IMG/VR virus record: IMGVR_UViG_3300046740_000358
Location: 1-64,000 of that record
Length of the DNA stretch: 64,000 nt
Reading direction: 5' to 3' (one strand)
From: a virus
Shown here: positions 18,773 through 27,493 of the stretch, piece after piece
Layout: every line of letters begins with the position of its first letter
Numbering within the stretch: the stretch's first letter is position 1
Made by a program: the position numbers and the translations under genes
The notes under the pieces: generated by a model
Seen by the model: the letters and a program-made list of their open reading frames with translations, nothing else
Told to the model about the DNA's origin: nothing
Database searches by the model: none

Positions 18773-19167
18773 GTGATGGGTCCTTTCGGTTGGTCGTCTT
18801 GACGTGGAGGGATGGGCGGACGGCGGCGCTCGACTCCGACGTCTCGCATGGTGGTGCGACGGTCGGGCCCGAAATAGAACTCGTGCCCCCCCAAGCGGAT
18901 CCAGAAGGAGACGGCACAAAGCGCCCAGTCTCCCCGCTTGCTGGCGATGCACGTGGGCAGCCGGCCAACCTCGAAGGTGGAGGTCGGCGCCGGCGCGTCG
19001 ATGACGACGGCGTCCACGCCGCACTTTCGGAAGCACGTTGACGGCGCGGACGTCGGCGTCTGGTCGCCATCCTCTTCGAACGGCTCCTCGAGGAGATCGT
19101 CCGACGGCAGATTGGTGCCATCAGGGACAGTGATCGGGTCGTCCTGGAAGTCGTCGGGCTTGGTCAT
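18769..19167 (-). CDS. Hypothetical protein, acidic N-terminus
   Basis: ATGA-coupled. Confidence 0.55.
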   Translation of the reverse strand: MTKPDDFQDDPITVPDGTNLPSDDLLEEPFEEDGDQTPTSAPSTCFRKCGVDAVVIDAPAPTSTFEVGRLPTCIASKRGDWALCAVSFWIRLGGHEFYFGPDRRTTMRDVGVERRRPPIPPRQDDQPKGPIT

Positions 19168-19194
19168 GGGGTCCGGGCCTAGCCGGGGATTCTA

Positions 19195-19557
19195 CTATCC
19201 CTTGCGCCCGGGGGACGAATCGTCACGCCCTGCAGCCCGCTTCCGTCGAGTTTCCGAGGTCTCGTCCGGTGGACTGAGGCGTCCGCTCGCGATGTCGAGC
19301 GCGTCAGCCTGCGCGATCGCCAGCGTGGCCGCCTGCTCTTGCAGCGGGATCGACTTCCTTATCGCGCTCGCGGCAGCTCGGAGAACCCACGGGAGATCAG
19401 GGCCCTCAACTCCGTTTGTTCTTCGGAGAGTCTCGCAAATAGTATCGACATGGGCTCGGAGGACTTCCCAGGTTTTGGGATCGATCGCCTTGCGCTGAAC
19501 CGGCGCACCCTTGACCCCAGATCCCGAACTGCCGTTGCTAGATGACCCATGCGCCAT
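19195..19557 (-). CDS. Hypothetical protein
   Basis: SD GAGGAG. Confidence 0.55.
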   Translation of the reverse strand: MAHGSSSNGSSGSGVKGAPVQRKAIDPKTWEVLRAHVDTICETLRRTNGVEGPDLPWVLRAAASAIRKSIPLQEQAATLAIAQADALDIASGRLSPPDETSETRRKRAAGRDDSSPGRKG

Positions 19558-19579
19558 GTCTCCTCGCGTTCGTTGATCG

Positions 19580-20215
19580 TCACGGCTTCGCAGGGGAAGC
19601 GTCGGGGGGGATCTGCTGCACAGCCGGCGCCGCAGCGATGGGCGCTAGCTTGGCCGGCGCCGGCGGCAGTTCCGGGGGCGGCGCCGCGATCACGGGGGCT
19701 GGCTTCGCCTTGCGCAAGGCCAGCTCCTTGCTGTCCCTGGCGGCGTTCTCGCGGACGGCCTTGACCAGGCCGGCGTCGACCCGCTTCCGCCGCGCGGCCG
19801 CCGGCTGGCCCTCGACCACGAAGTCCCGGCCCATCGACTCGATGACCGCGCTCTGCGCCTTGGACGTCGCTTCAGCCGCGGTGACACGCGCCTCGAGGGC
19901 GGCCAACTCCTTCACCAGGTCCCTGGTGGGCGTCGCGAGCTTCTTGTATGCGCGCTTGGTGGTGGCCTCGGCTTCCACCTCCACCTGGTCGACCTTCTTG
20001 TCCGTGTCGGCCTTCCCAGACTGGGAATGCAGCACGGCCAAGACGAGCGCCGCAAGTGCGGGGCCTGCCGCCACGGCAATCTTGGGCAGCAGCGGGACCA
20101 CGGGCTTGATGACGATCCGGAGGCTGGCCCAGACGATGGCCTTGTCCTTTTTCGACAGGAGCGTGTTCGGTGGCGTCTTCTCGACCCGCTCAAACTCATT
20201 GGTCTCAGGCGCCAT
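19580..20215 (-). CDS. Membrane-anchored coiled-coil protein (possible i-spanin)
   Basis: TM helix, coiled coil, Pro-rich tail; downstream of the tail fibre. Confidence 0.55.
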   Translation of the reverse strand: MAPETNEFERVEKTPPNTLLSKKDKAIVWASLRIVIKPVVPLLPKIAVAAGPALAALVLAVLHSQSGKADTDKKVDQVEVEAEATTKRAYKKLATPTRDLVKELAALEARVTAAEATSKAQSAVIESMGRDFVVEGQPAAARRKRVDAGLVKAVRENAARDSKELALRKAKPAPVIAAPPPELPPAPAKLAPIAAAPAVQQIPPDASPAKP

Positions 20216-20260
20216 TGGTTAAGTGAAGCACATACGGACTGCACCCGAAAGCGGTGGGTC

Positions 20261-21301
20261 CTAGACGTACTCCTCAAGGATGATCAAGCCCGGCGATCCG
20301 GCTGCGCCGGCGCGGGAGTCGGCGGTGACATCAGCGATCGATCCACCCGAGCCACCGGAACCGTACCCCGACGCCGCCGTTCCAACGGCCGTCGTCACGG
20401 GGCGCGACCTGGGCCGGCCGCCAACCCCGTAGGGCAACAGTGACGCCCCGCCACCGAGGTCTCCGTAGGAGGTGGCGTACGCCCGGAACCACCCCTGCTG
20501 CCCGTAGACGCCGGGCAGTGCCAACTTCAGAGCCCCCGGGCCCGCGGTCACGGAAGCCGCAGCGCCCGGAACGCCACCTGTGCCAGCCGGGGCTGGTGAC
20601 GAGGACACCAAATTGACCCGCGTGCCGCCGCCACCTCCGGGAGCCGTCCAGGTCGTCGCGCCATCAGTGAAGGTGGTCGGGCCACCCGCGCCGCCATCGC
20701 CGGGCGTAGCGTTGCCAGCGATCCCGGCGGCGCCGAGCGTGTACCCCCAGGTAGCCGGGATGGTCGCGGTCTCGAACATGCCCCAACTTCCGGTAGCCCC
20801 GCCGCCCGCGATGCCTTCGCCGATATTGCCGTCTCCGGCGGCGCCGCCGCCTCCGCCACCACCCCCGCAGAACCAGACGCGCGCGTAGCCGCACCCCGTC
20901 GCCTTGGCGAGCGTCGTGCCGCTGGTGAGCCACGACGTCCGGATCAAGGACCCCGCCTGCGGCAGCACCATCAACTCCCAGTGGGTCGTGTCGACTGTCG
21001 GGTTCGTACCCGCCGGCGACGCGGTCTTGCAGCGGAACCCGACGCCGCCGTAGGAGACGAAAGACCCGACCACGTAGTTGGTCTCGCTGGCGTCCCACTC
21101 GGGGAGGCCCTGGGCCATGTAGTAGCGCAGTCCTTGGTGGAACTTCTGCGTCAGCCAGTTCAACGTGCCGCGCTTGAGTTTCACCGGGAACGGGAGGTAC
21201 CCGGTGTTGATCAACCCCGCGCTGGGCGCGACGATGTCCGGCGAGCTCGAGACGCTGTTCGCCCACGTGGCGGAATCGACTGTCGGTTTCGTGATGGCCA
21301 T
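20261..21301 (-). CDS. Tail fibre protein with glycine-rich C-terminal domain
   Basis: LNWL...YYMAQGLPEWD...Y..GS.V N-terminus typical of fibres that follow DUF2612; GGGGGGG-rich domain. Confidence 0.8.
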   Translation of the reverse strand: MAITKPTVDSATWANSVSSSPDIVAPSAGLINTGYLPFPVKLKRGTLNWLTQKFHQGLRYYMAQGLPEWDASETNYVVGSFVSYGGVGFRCKTASPAGTNPTVDTTHWELMVLPQAGSLIRTSWLTSGTTLAKATGCGYARVWFCGGGGGGGGAAGDGNIGEGIAGGGATGSWGMFETATIPATWGYTLGAAGIAGNATPGDGGAGGPTTFTDGATTWTAPGGGGGTRVNLVSSSPAPAGTGGVPGAAASVTAGPGALKLALPGVYGQQGWFRAYATSYGDLGGGASLLPYGVGGRPRSRPVTTAVGTAASGYGSGGSGGSIADVTADSRAGAAGSPGLIILEEYV

Positions 21302-21316
21302 GGTGCGCGGTCCCTT

Positions 21317-22030
21317 CTAGATGAACTCGGCCAAGTAGCCGCCGATTGAATCGTCGCCAATTTCGCTCAGGCCAACGGCGCCCGGGTCGGGGTCATCGTC
21401 CCAGCCAACGAAATTTCCCGCAACGTACCAACTCGCGTCGAGGCCGACGCCCATGGGCCGCGGGATGAGATCGTCGTGGATGGCGGCGACCTCGAAGGCG
21501 GTCGGCTGTCGGGCCATCTGCAGATCGATGTACATCATCCCGGGCGACGTGTACGTGATGAGCGTGGCATCGTTCACGAGCGCGCGCAGGGCCTCGATGA
21601 TTTCGGGGCCCGAGCCGATGGAACGGTTTCGGATCTTCCGCAGCGCGATCAGGATGCGCAATTCCGCATCAGACGCGACGTAATACCCCGCCATCACGCG
21701 GCCCTGGCCCACGAGGGACGCCGTCACGTCGAGGTTGACGCCGCTCGCTTGGTCGGGGTCATCTAGCAGCGGGATCAGCATCAGCGCGTTGGCAACGTCC
21801 TGCAGGAGGTAGACGGTCAGCAGGATCCGCGCGGTCAACTTGGGCTTGCCCTGGTACTGGCTGATCAGGCGCGACAGGGCGACCGTCACGAGATCGGGCG
21901 CACCGTTGGCGGCCGTGACGGGGGCGACGCCAGGAATGAACGGAGGCGGGTCCGTGCTGGGCGGTCCGACGAAGCCACCGCCGCCGGCCCCACCAGGCCC
22001 AAACGGGAGCGGTGCGAAAGGTCCGGGCAT
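21317..22030 (-). CDS. DUF2612-family baseplate protein
   Basis: SRLISQY, D.D.A.G.NLD....VG..R, IPRPMGV. Confidence 0.85.
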   Translation of the reverse strand: MPGPFAPLPFGPGGAGGGGFVGPPSTDPPPFIPGVAPVTAANGAPDLVTVALSRLISQYQGKPKLTARILLTVYLLQDVANALMLIPLLDDPDQASGVNLDVTASLVGQGRVMAGYYVASDAELRILIALRKIRNRSIGSGPEIIEALRALVNDATLITYTSPGMMYIDLQMARQPTAFEVAAIHDDLIPRPMGVGLDASWYVAGNFVGWDDDPDPGAVGLSEIGDDSIGGYLAEFI

Positions 22031-22036
22031 CCGCGC

Positions 22037-22639
22037 CTACTGTTGGGTCGGGTTCGCGACGCCTTCGTCAATGACGGCGTAATCGTCCATGCGCACGCCG
22101 TTGAGGGAACTGCTCGAGGAGATGCCAGCCCAGAAGTCGAGCGTGTTGACGATCGACATGTCGAAGCCGCCGCCGAGAACGGGGTTGACCTGCGGGGCGT
22201 GAATCACCTGGTCGCCCTGCAGGCTGTCCGTCTGCCCCGACGTCTTCGTGATCTGGATGCCGCGGAAGATGCCACGGCCGAACAACTTGCCGGTGGTGGC
22301 GTCCCCCATGTTGTCCTTGTCGGTCCGCAGCCAGATATCGAACGAGAACGGCAGGACGGCGTGCGCGGACGCATTGAACTGGAGCGCCCCAGAGTCGTAC
22401 ACCGTGACCGGACTGGCGATGGTCCCGAGCTTGACCAGAAACTGGATCGTCGGGTTGCCCGTCGTGTTCTTGAGCGCCCCCCCGCCGCGAAGCCAGATGC
22501 CGCGCTTCGTGACCCAGAACCCGCGGTTGAGGTCAACCCGGTCCTCGGGATTGATGATGCTGACGGCGGTGGTGTAGGTGTCCTGGATAGTCCGCGCCCG
22601 GGACTGCCGGGCGAGACACGACGGGAAGAAAAGCGCCAT
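22037..22639 (-). CDS. Hypothetical beta-rich protein, possibly virion-associated; leaderless
   Basis: ORF; TTGACA-17-GACGAT-6-ATG upstream. Confidence 0.7.
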   Translation of the reverse strand: MALFFPSCLARQSRARTIQDTYTTAVSIINPEDRVDLNRGFWVTKRGIWLRGGGALKNTTGNPTIQFLVKLGTIASPVTVYDSGALQFNASAHAVLPFSFDIWLRTDKDNMGDATTGKLFGRGIFRGIQITKTSGQTDSLQGDQVIHAPQVNPVLGGGFDMSIVNTLDFWAGISSSSSLNGVRMDDYAVIDEGVANPTQQ

Positions 22640-22645
22640 TCCTCT

Positions 22646-22674
22646 ATCGTCGGGCCAGAGGGCCCCGGTGTCAA
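22646..22674 (-). promoter_or_regulatory. Sigma70-type leaderless promoter
   Basis: TTGACA-17-GACGAT-6-ATG. Confidence 0.65.
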
Positions 22675-22696
22675 ACTGGCGCGCGCGAGACGCGGC

Positions 22697-22858
22697 TCAG
22701 GCGTCGTCGACGGGCGCAGGGTCGACCACCGCCCAGCCGGCCTCGGTCTTCACGAACGGGGCCCCCCCGAACCAAACGAGGTCGCTTGGGCGCACCTGGG
22801 CGGCCTCCTCCTCCGTCAGCAGGAGGCGAACCGGGTAGGTCGGGCGGGTGTCGGACAT
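22697..22858 (-). CDS. Small hypothetical protein (53 aa)
   Basis: Own translation MSDTRPTYPVRLLL...; TTGACG-17-CATGGT promoter upstream. Confidence 0.45.
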   Translation of the reverse strand: MSDTRPTYPVRLLLTEEEAAQVRPSDLVWFGGAPFVKTEAGWAVVDPAPVDDA

Positions 22859-22974
22859 CTGGACGAGGGGCACAACGGTCGAACCATGCGCACTGGACCC
22901 GATGCCGTCAACCCCCTGTTCCGATTTTGCCGTCAGGAATGAGTGCCGATCGACCGGGCGGCCTCATTCGAACG

Positions 22975-23289
22975 CCAAAAACAGGAAGTAACCGCCTGAA
23001 CGTCAGGCGTTAAGTCGGGAGGCGCCCGCTCGCATGCGGGTGGTCCGGCGTGCTGCGACCAATGGCCGACTTACGACCTGGCCGTGTCCGGGCGCTTCGG
23101 GCGCCTCCCCACCTATTCAATCGCGCCAGCCACGCCAACCCGGAAAGACATTCTTCCTCTTTTTCGCCCCCCGGCGATGGTCCCAAAAGAGGAAGTGAGC
23201 ATGTACCCCCGCCGCCCTCGTGGCTCCTTTCTTGCCGACTCGCTTGGACGGCGGGGGTGCGGCCTGCGAGTGGGCCGCGCTGTGCGTGG
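22975..23289 (-). ncRNA. Unidentified structured RNA, 3' of the tRNA
   Basis: Several 11-13 bp helices with loop-loop complementarities; no credible ORF. Confidence 0.55.
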
Positions 23290-23364
23290 TGGTTGCAGGG
23301 GCTGGGATCGAACCAGCGACCTTCGGGTTATGAGCCCAACGAGCTACCGCTGCTCTACCCTGCA
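23290..23364 (-). tRNA. tRNA-Met(CAT), initiator type, CCA encoded
   Basis: TGCAGGG/CCCTGCA acceptor stem, GGG-CTCATAA-CCC anticodon arm, GGTTCGATCCC T arm, ACCA end. Confidence 0.95.
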
Positions 23365-23629
23365 AAAGCCGCCCGGGTCGACTGGGGACCGAATGCAACG
23401 GCAATCCCTCTGCCCGAGCGTCGGACCTCACTGTACCAGAATAGAAACCCCGTAAAAACCACGTATCTATGGGGGTGGGCGCCACCCCGGGCCCGCCCCG
23501 CTGAGCGGTCAGGCGAGGCCCGGAGCGCCGGGCTTGCTCCCCCGGCTGAGGCGTGCGCACCCTACCAGAGCCGGAAGCCCGCGCGCGACCACTGAACACC
23601 CGTCACGTATCGACCAATGTCGATTCGCG

Positions 23630-23658
23630 TTGCACGGCTATCATTCTCGGCCCATGCT
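23630..23658 (+). promoter_or_regulatory. Sigma70-type leaderless promoter
   Basis: TTGCAC-17-CATGCT-6-GTG. Confidence 0.6.
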
Positions 23659-23664
23659 TGATCT

Positions 23665-23880
23665 GTGAGCAAGACGAACCCAAGACGCGGCGGCAAGCGG
23701 CCCGGAGCTGGCCACCCGATCACCACCGGCAGCAACGCGACGGCGAGGGTGGTCTACCGCGTGTCGGCCGCCCAGCGCGCCGAACTCGCGACCGAGGCCC
23801 AGCGCCTCGGTCTGTCCTCCGCCGACCTTGCGGCCAAGCGCCGCGCGTTCCCACCGTCCACCCAAGGAGAATCAAAATGA
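23665..23880 (+). CDS. Ribbon-helix-helix protein
   Basis: RGGKRPGAG arm plus VVYRVS...EAQRLGLS.ADL. Confidence 0.7.
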   Translation: MSKTNPRRGGKRPGAGHPITTGSNATARVVYRVSAAQRAELATEAQRLGLSSADLAAKRRAFPPSTQGESK

Positions 23881-23996
23881 AAATGTCCCGAGTCCTATTC
23901 GCCGTTGCCTTTGTCCTCGGCCTCGCCTACGGCGGTGCGGTTGTGGCGAAGTCGGTTTCTGATCTGGTCGTCGAAGCCAAGGAGTCCGCCCAATGA
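23877..23996 (+). CDS. Small membrane peptide
   Basis: SD AAGGAG, ATGA coupling, hydrophobic. Confidence 0.55.
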   Translation: MKMSRVLFAVAFVLGLAYGGAVVAKSVSDLVVEAKESAQ

Positions 23997-24430
23997 ATGC
24001 CAAGAAACTGTTCGCGCTGTCGCTCGTCGTTTCGGTTCTTTCAGTCCTGGGATGCAACGATGCACCCGAAGACCAGGCCACTGCCGAACTTCGCCTCCCG
24101 GGGATCTGCGGGTTCCACGTCGGCCGCTACATCTTCGCGCTGGGCGAACGCCTAGATAGCGGCGCCGGCTGCCAGTATGCGCCGACCACCGAAGACCTCA
24201 TCCTGCCTACCGAGCACGCGGGGGTGGCGTGCTCGACGTTCCTGAGCCACTACGCCGCAGAACCCGCCAGCGGGTACAGCCGCTTTCTGGGACAGGATCA
24301 GACGTGCAACTGGTCCAGAAACGGCGACGTGGGAACCTGCGTGATTAATCAAAAGGCCCGCGTCGCGGGCGTTGAGTGTGCGTCCAAGTTCGCGATGACT
24401 TACAAGCGCGTCGAGGTCATCGCTTGGTAG
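23993..24430 (+). CDS. Cys-rich lipoprotein
   Basis: Lipobox VLGC. Confidence 0.7.
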   Translation: MNAKKLFALSLVVSVLSVLGCNDAPEDQATAELRLPGICGFHVGRYIFALGERLDSGAGCQYAPTTEDLILPTEHAGVACSTFLSHYAAEPASGYSRFLGQDQTCNWSRNGDVGTCVINQKARVAGVECASKFAMTYKRVEVIAW

Positions 24431-24431
24431 G

Positions 24432-25682
24432 TCAGATCTCGGTGGAGATGTTCGTCGTGAAGTCGGCGACCGCGATCCTGCTCTGACCGCCGGTCGCGAT
24501 CGTCCCGAACGCGCGCTCCCACGTCGGATATTTGTTGAACGGGATCGCTAGGTCTTCCTGCTGGATGATGTTGTAGACGTACCCGAGGTAGATCGACTGG
24601 ACGGCGGGCGCGTCTCCGATCGCGTTGACTGCGGCCAGCACCACGCCATACAGCGGTGCTAATTGTACCGACTGCCCCGTCCTAGAATTGTCCTCGCCGT
24701 AGTCTGCCAATGCGTTTCTTATCGCAGGCCCCAGCGCCGAAGACACCGCTTGCCCAGCATATTTCTGCTTGAGTCGCACGTAGTAACAGACTCCGAGCGC
24801 GATCGGCCTGTCGAACTTTATCGGCTGCCCGTTCCCTTGCGCATCGATGATGGAGGCGGTGACCGCCCCCACCAGCGTCACGCCGCCCGAAGCCTTCGCC
24901 CAGATGGCCGCCGCGATGTCGGCGTCGAGTCCCCCGCGCACGACTGCCTGAATCGAGTTGGGCGGGAGGTCCGTGCTTCCAGGCCGCGCGATGGGAGAGC
25001 CGGTCTTGTTCTCGAATACCGCCGCATCCGAGACGCCTTGGATGTTCGCCAGCGCGGCGTAGAGGGAGTCGACCACCGACTTCCCCGTCAGCGCCACGGA
25101 GGCCGCGCGCCGAATCCGCAGGGCCGCGTCCGTCTCGATGTTCGACCCGAGGTTGACGCCCAGCGCGTTGGTGCAGCCCGTCCACCCCGAGATCACCGTC
25201 TTGATGGCCGTGATGGTGCCGGCGCCGGCGAACACGGGCCCGGTGGTGGTCGCGCGCACGGCCCCGGGCGTCGCCCCGCTGGCGTCGATGGTGACGTCGG
25301 CCAGCGTCTGGAAGTGCGCGGGATCGGCATCGGTGTTGTCGACCAGCGAGCCAGCCGGGATGAAGGTCCCCGGCGTGCCCGTCAGAATCACGTCGTCCGT
25401 GCTGTAACTGGCCCCGTTGCGGGTGATGCCGTTGATCTGGACGAGGCGGGAGAGCGCCGCGCGCTGCGCTCCCGCGGGTGACCTGGCGACGAACACCGCC
25501 TCGGCGAGCTGGCTCACGGTGTCGATGGCCTCTGCCGTGATGCCGTCGTACTGTCCATCAGGCGAGCTCGGGGTCGTGTCGTAGTCCTGGCCGTAAATGG
25601 TCTTCATCGCGGCGTCGACGTTCGCCAGGATGACGTCGAGGCGGTCGCGCGTGAACCCGGTTGCGTCGATGACGGTTGCCAT
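24432..25682 (-). CDS. Baseplate J-like protein
   Basis: SPDGQ, GITR, SGW...TN, ETDAALR.RR, VVRGG.D..IA.AI. Confidence 0.92.
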   Translation of the reverse strand: MATVIDATGFTRDRLDVILANVDAAMKTIYGQDYDTTPSSPDGQYDGITAEAIDTVSQLAEAVFVARSPAGAQRAALSRLVQINGITRNGASYSTDDVILTGTPGTFIPAGSLVDNTDADPAHFQTLADVTIDASGATPGAVRATTTGPVFAGAGTITAIKTVISGWTGCTNALGVNLGSNIETDAALRIRRAASVALTGKSVVDSLYAALANIQGVSDAAVFENKTGSPIARPGSTDLPPNSIQAVVRGGLDADIAAAIWAKASGGVTLVGAVTASIIDAQGNGQPIKFDRPIALGVCYYVRLKQKYAGQAVSSALGPAIRNALADYGEDNSRTGQSVQLAPLYGVVLAAVNAIGDAPAVQSIYLGYVYNIIQQEDLAIPFNKYPTWERAFGTIATGGQSRIAVADFTTNISTEI

Positions 25683-25694
25683 GCTGGTCAGCTC

Positions 25695-26093
25695 CTACGG
25701 GCTCAAGGGGTAGAGGTCGGACACGGACCATGCATCGCCGTCGACGTCCTTGCCGCTGGCGTTGATGGTGACCATCCTGGTGTTGCGGTCGAAGACCAGA
25801 TCAAACGACGTGATGCTGGCCACCCCGTTGGTCGTCAGGATGCGAGCCTTCAGCGTGGCCTCGGCGTAGGCGGCGTTGGCGGGCATGTGGCCGAGGATCG
25901 GCTCGACGTCGGTCCCGTCCTGGTACCACGGGACGCCTTCGTTGGCATCGAGGAACCACTCCCCCAAGATCACCTTCAGGTTGCACTCGAGGCGCTGGGC
26001 GGTCGCGCGTGAGCCGTAGTGAAAGTTGGCCATACCCCGTCCGCGCATTTCGTCGCCGTTGGAGTCGAGCTTGCGGACGTGCATCGTGGCCAT
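25695..26093 (-). CDS. Baseplate wedge / sheath initiator
   Basis: RKLD..GD, GEWFLD...GVPW, I..T.GV.SI. Confidence 0.85.
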   Translation of the reverse strand: MATMHVRKLDSNGDEMRGRGMANFHYGSRATAQRLECNLKVILGEWFLDANEGVPWYQDGTDVEPILGHMPANAAYAEATLKARILTTNGVASITSFDLVFDRNTRMVTINASGKDVDGDAWSVSDLYPLSP

Positions 26094-26105
26094 GCGGTTG
26101 CGGCC

Positions 26106-26309
26106 TTAGGCGTCGAGGGCTTGGATCACGAAGTGAAAGACCTCGTCGTACATCTCGAGGAGAGGGCCATCGGCCACGAGAGACCCGCGGCGTCCCGTGC
26201 GCTTGAAGACCCGATCGCCGAGGGCGACGGTATCCGGCACCAGGTCGGGGACGTCGGCGGTCCCGACGGCGCCCGCCTCGCGGTTGCTGACCAGCATGAT
26301 TTTCGCCAT
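26106..26309 (-). CDS. Small hypothetical protein, leaderless
   Basis: TGG-TATCCT-7-ATG. Confidence 0.55.
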   Translation of the reverse strand: MAKIMLVSNREAGAVGTADVPDLVPDTVALGDRVFKRTGRRGSLVADGPLLEMYDEVFHFVIQALDA

Positions 26310-26337
26310 GGTCACGAGGATACCACCGCCTAGGGCG

Positions 26338-26808
26338 TCAGTGGATCGGCGCGACCGTCGGCGTGGGGGTCGTCGCCGTCGTGACGATGACGGTCAGGGC
26401 GTGCGCGTGCAACTCGGCAGCGATGGCCGCGCAGGCGTCGGCGGCCGATTTCATTCCCGCGATGTTGCCCGCGAACACCGGCGCGAGGTTCGGACCGGCC
26501 CCGGGTGATGTGACCACGCCCGCGAACGCGCCCGCAAACGCGATGGGGGGGGCACCCCAGAACGCCACGAACGCCGCCTGCATGGCTGGCGCAGCGGCAC
26601 CGCCAGACGCGAATGCAGCCCCCAGCGCGCCCGCGAGCACACTCACGGCCCCCGCCACGCTTGGCACACCATTGATAGACGACCGGGCGGCCGCCGCATA
26701 CCCGCCGTACGCCTGCGCCCATCGCTGACCAGCCTCGGCGTGTGACGCGGGGAACGACGTGGCGATGTCCTCTAGTGCGCTTGCGAGGCTGCCCTGATCC
26801 AGCGCCAC
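26338..26808 (-). CDS. Ala-rich protein following the spike gene
   Basis: ORF track; position. Confidence 0.65.
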   Translation of the reverse strand: MALDQGSLASALEDIATSFPASHAEAGQRWAQAYGGYAAAARSSINGVPSVAGAVSVLAGALGAAFASGGAAAPAMQAAFVAFWGAPPIAFAGAFAGVVTSPGAGPNLAPVFAGNIAGMKSAADACAAIAAELHAHALTVIVTTATTPTPTVAPIH

Positions 26809-26812
26809 CTGA

Positions 26813-27490
26813 TCACGGCCCCACGAACGCGGTCATTGATTTTATCTTTGCCTTGAAGGCCGCCATGTTGAGCGGACCGACTCCCGTCGGCCCCATTCCG
26901 GTAGCGAAGCTCATTTCGGCGATGCACTCGAGGATCGCTTCCGACAGCACCGCTGCCTGGGCAGACCCCTGCCCCGTGCCGCCGCCCTCCGGTGGTGTCG
27001 CTCGGAAGATGATCGCCCCCTCGCGCGTCCGGAGCTCGGCGGAGGTCATGCTGAACGTGCCGATCGCCCGCGGCTCGCTCGAGATCCCCGGGATGAACAT
27101 CGCGTCCGACGGATCGTGGAACCGGATCTCGCTCGGCTCCTGGGTGCCCCCCTTGGCCAGCCAGTGGTCGATCGCGCGATCCCCGAAGACCAAGATCCCC
27201 TCGTCTCCCTCCTTGATCGGGAACGTGAGGATCAGCGGGCCGCCAGCGGGGAATTGCACCGGCACGTTCACGCACGGCTGGGCGTCGCGCACCTCGGACC
27301 CGCGGAACTTTTTCTTGATGGCCGGCTGCACGCTGGCGGTCTGGGTGACGGGGTCGAAGGACATCACGATCCCGGGACCGGAGACACAGATCCGCTTGAG
27401 CATCGCGCGCGCGGCCGCGCTGTGGGCATCCTCGTCCGAAGCGTTCAACTCCTCGTCGGTGCGGTCTTGGTTGCTCTCGTCTTCAGCCAT
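26813..27490 (-). CDS. Gp138-like baseplate spike / puncturing protein
   Basis: PG.V.SFDP..QTA.VQP, VPVQFP..G...LTFPI..GDEG..VF.DR.ID.W, RFHD.SDA.FIPG. Confidence 0.9.
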   Translation of the reverse strand: MAEDESNQDRTDEELNASDEDAHSAAARAMLKRICVSGPGIVMSFDPVTQTASVQPAIKKKFRGSEVRDAQPCVNVPVQFPAGGPLILTFPIKEGDEGILVFGDRAIDHWLAKGGTQEPSEIRFHDPSDAMFIPGISSEPRAIGTFSMTSAELRTREGAIIFRATPPEGGGTGQGSAQAAVLSEAILECIAEMSFATGMGPTGVGPLNMAAFKAKIKSMTAFVGP

Positions 27491-27493
27491 GGG

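Noticed and set aside
20261-21301. Diversity-generating retroelement target in the tail fibre
   Set aside because: No reverse transcriptase and no adenine-variant template repeat seen in the window.
23200-23289. HDV-like theta ribozyme directly after the tRNA
   Set aside because: Could not fit the nested P1/P2/P3 HDV topology by eye; kept as an unidentified structured RNA.
23290-23364. tRNA as a host integration site or prophage boundary
   Set aside because: Flanked on both sides by baseplate genes; no duplicated 3' end or integrase in the window.
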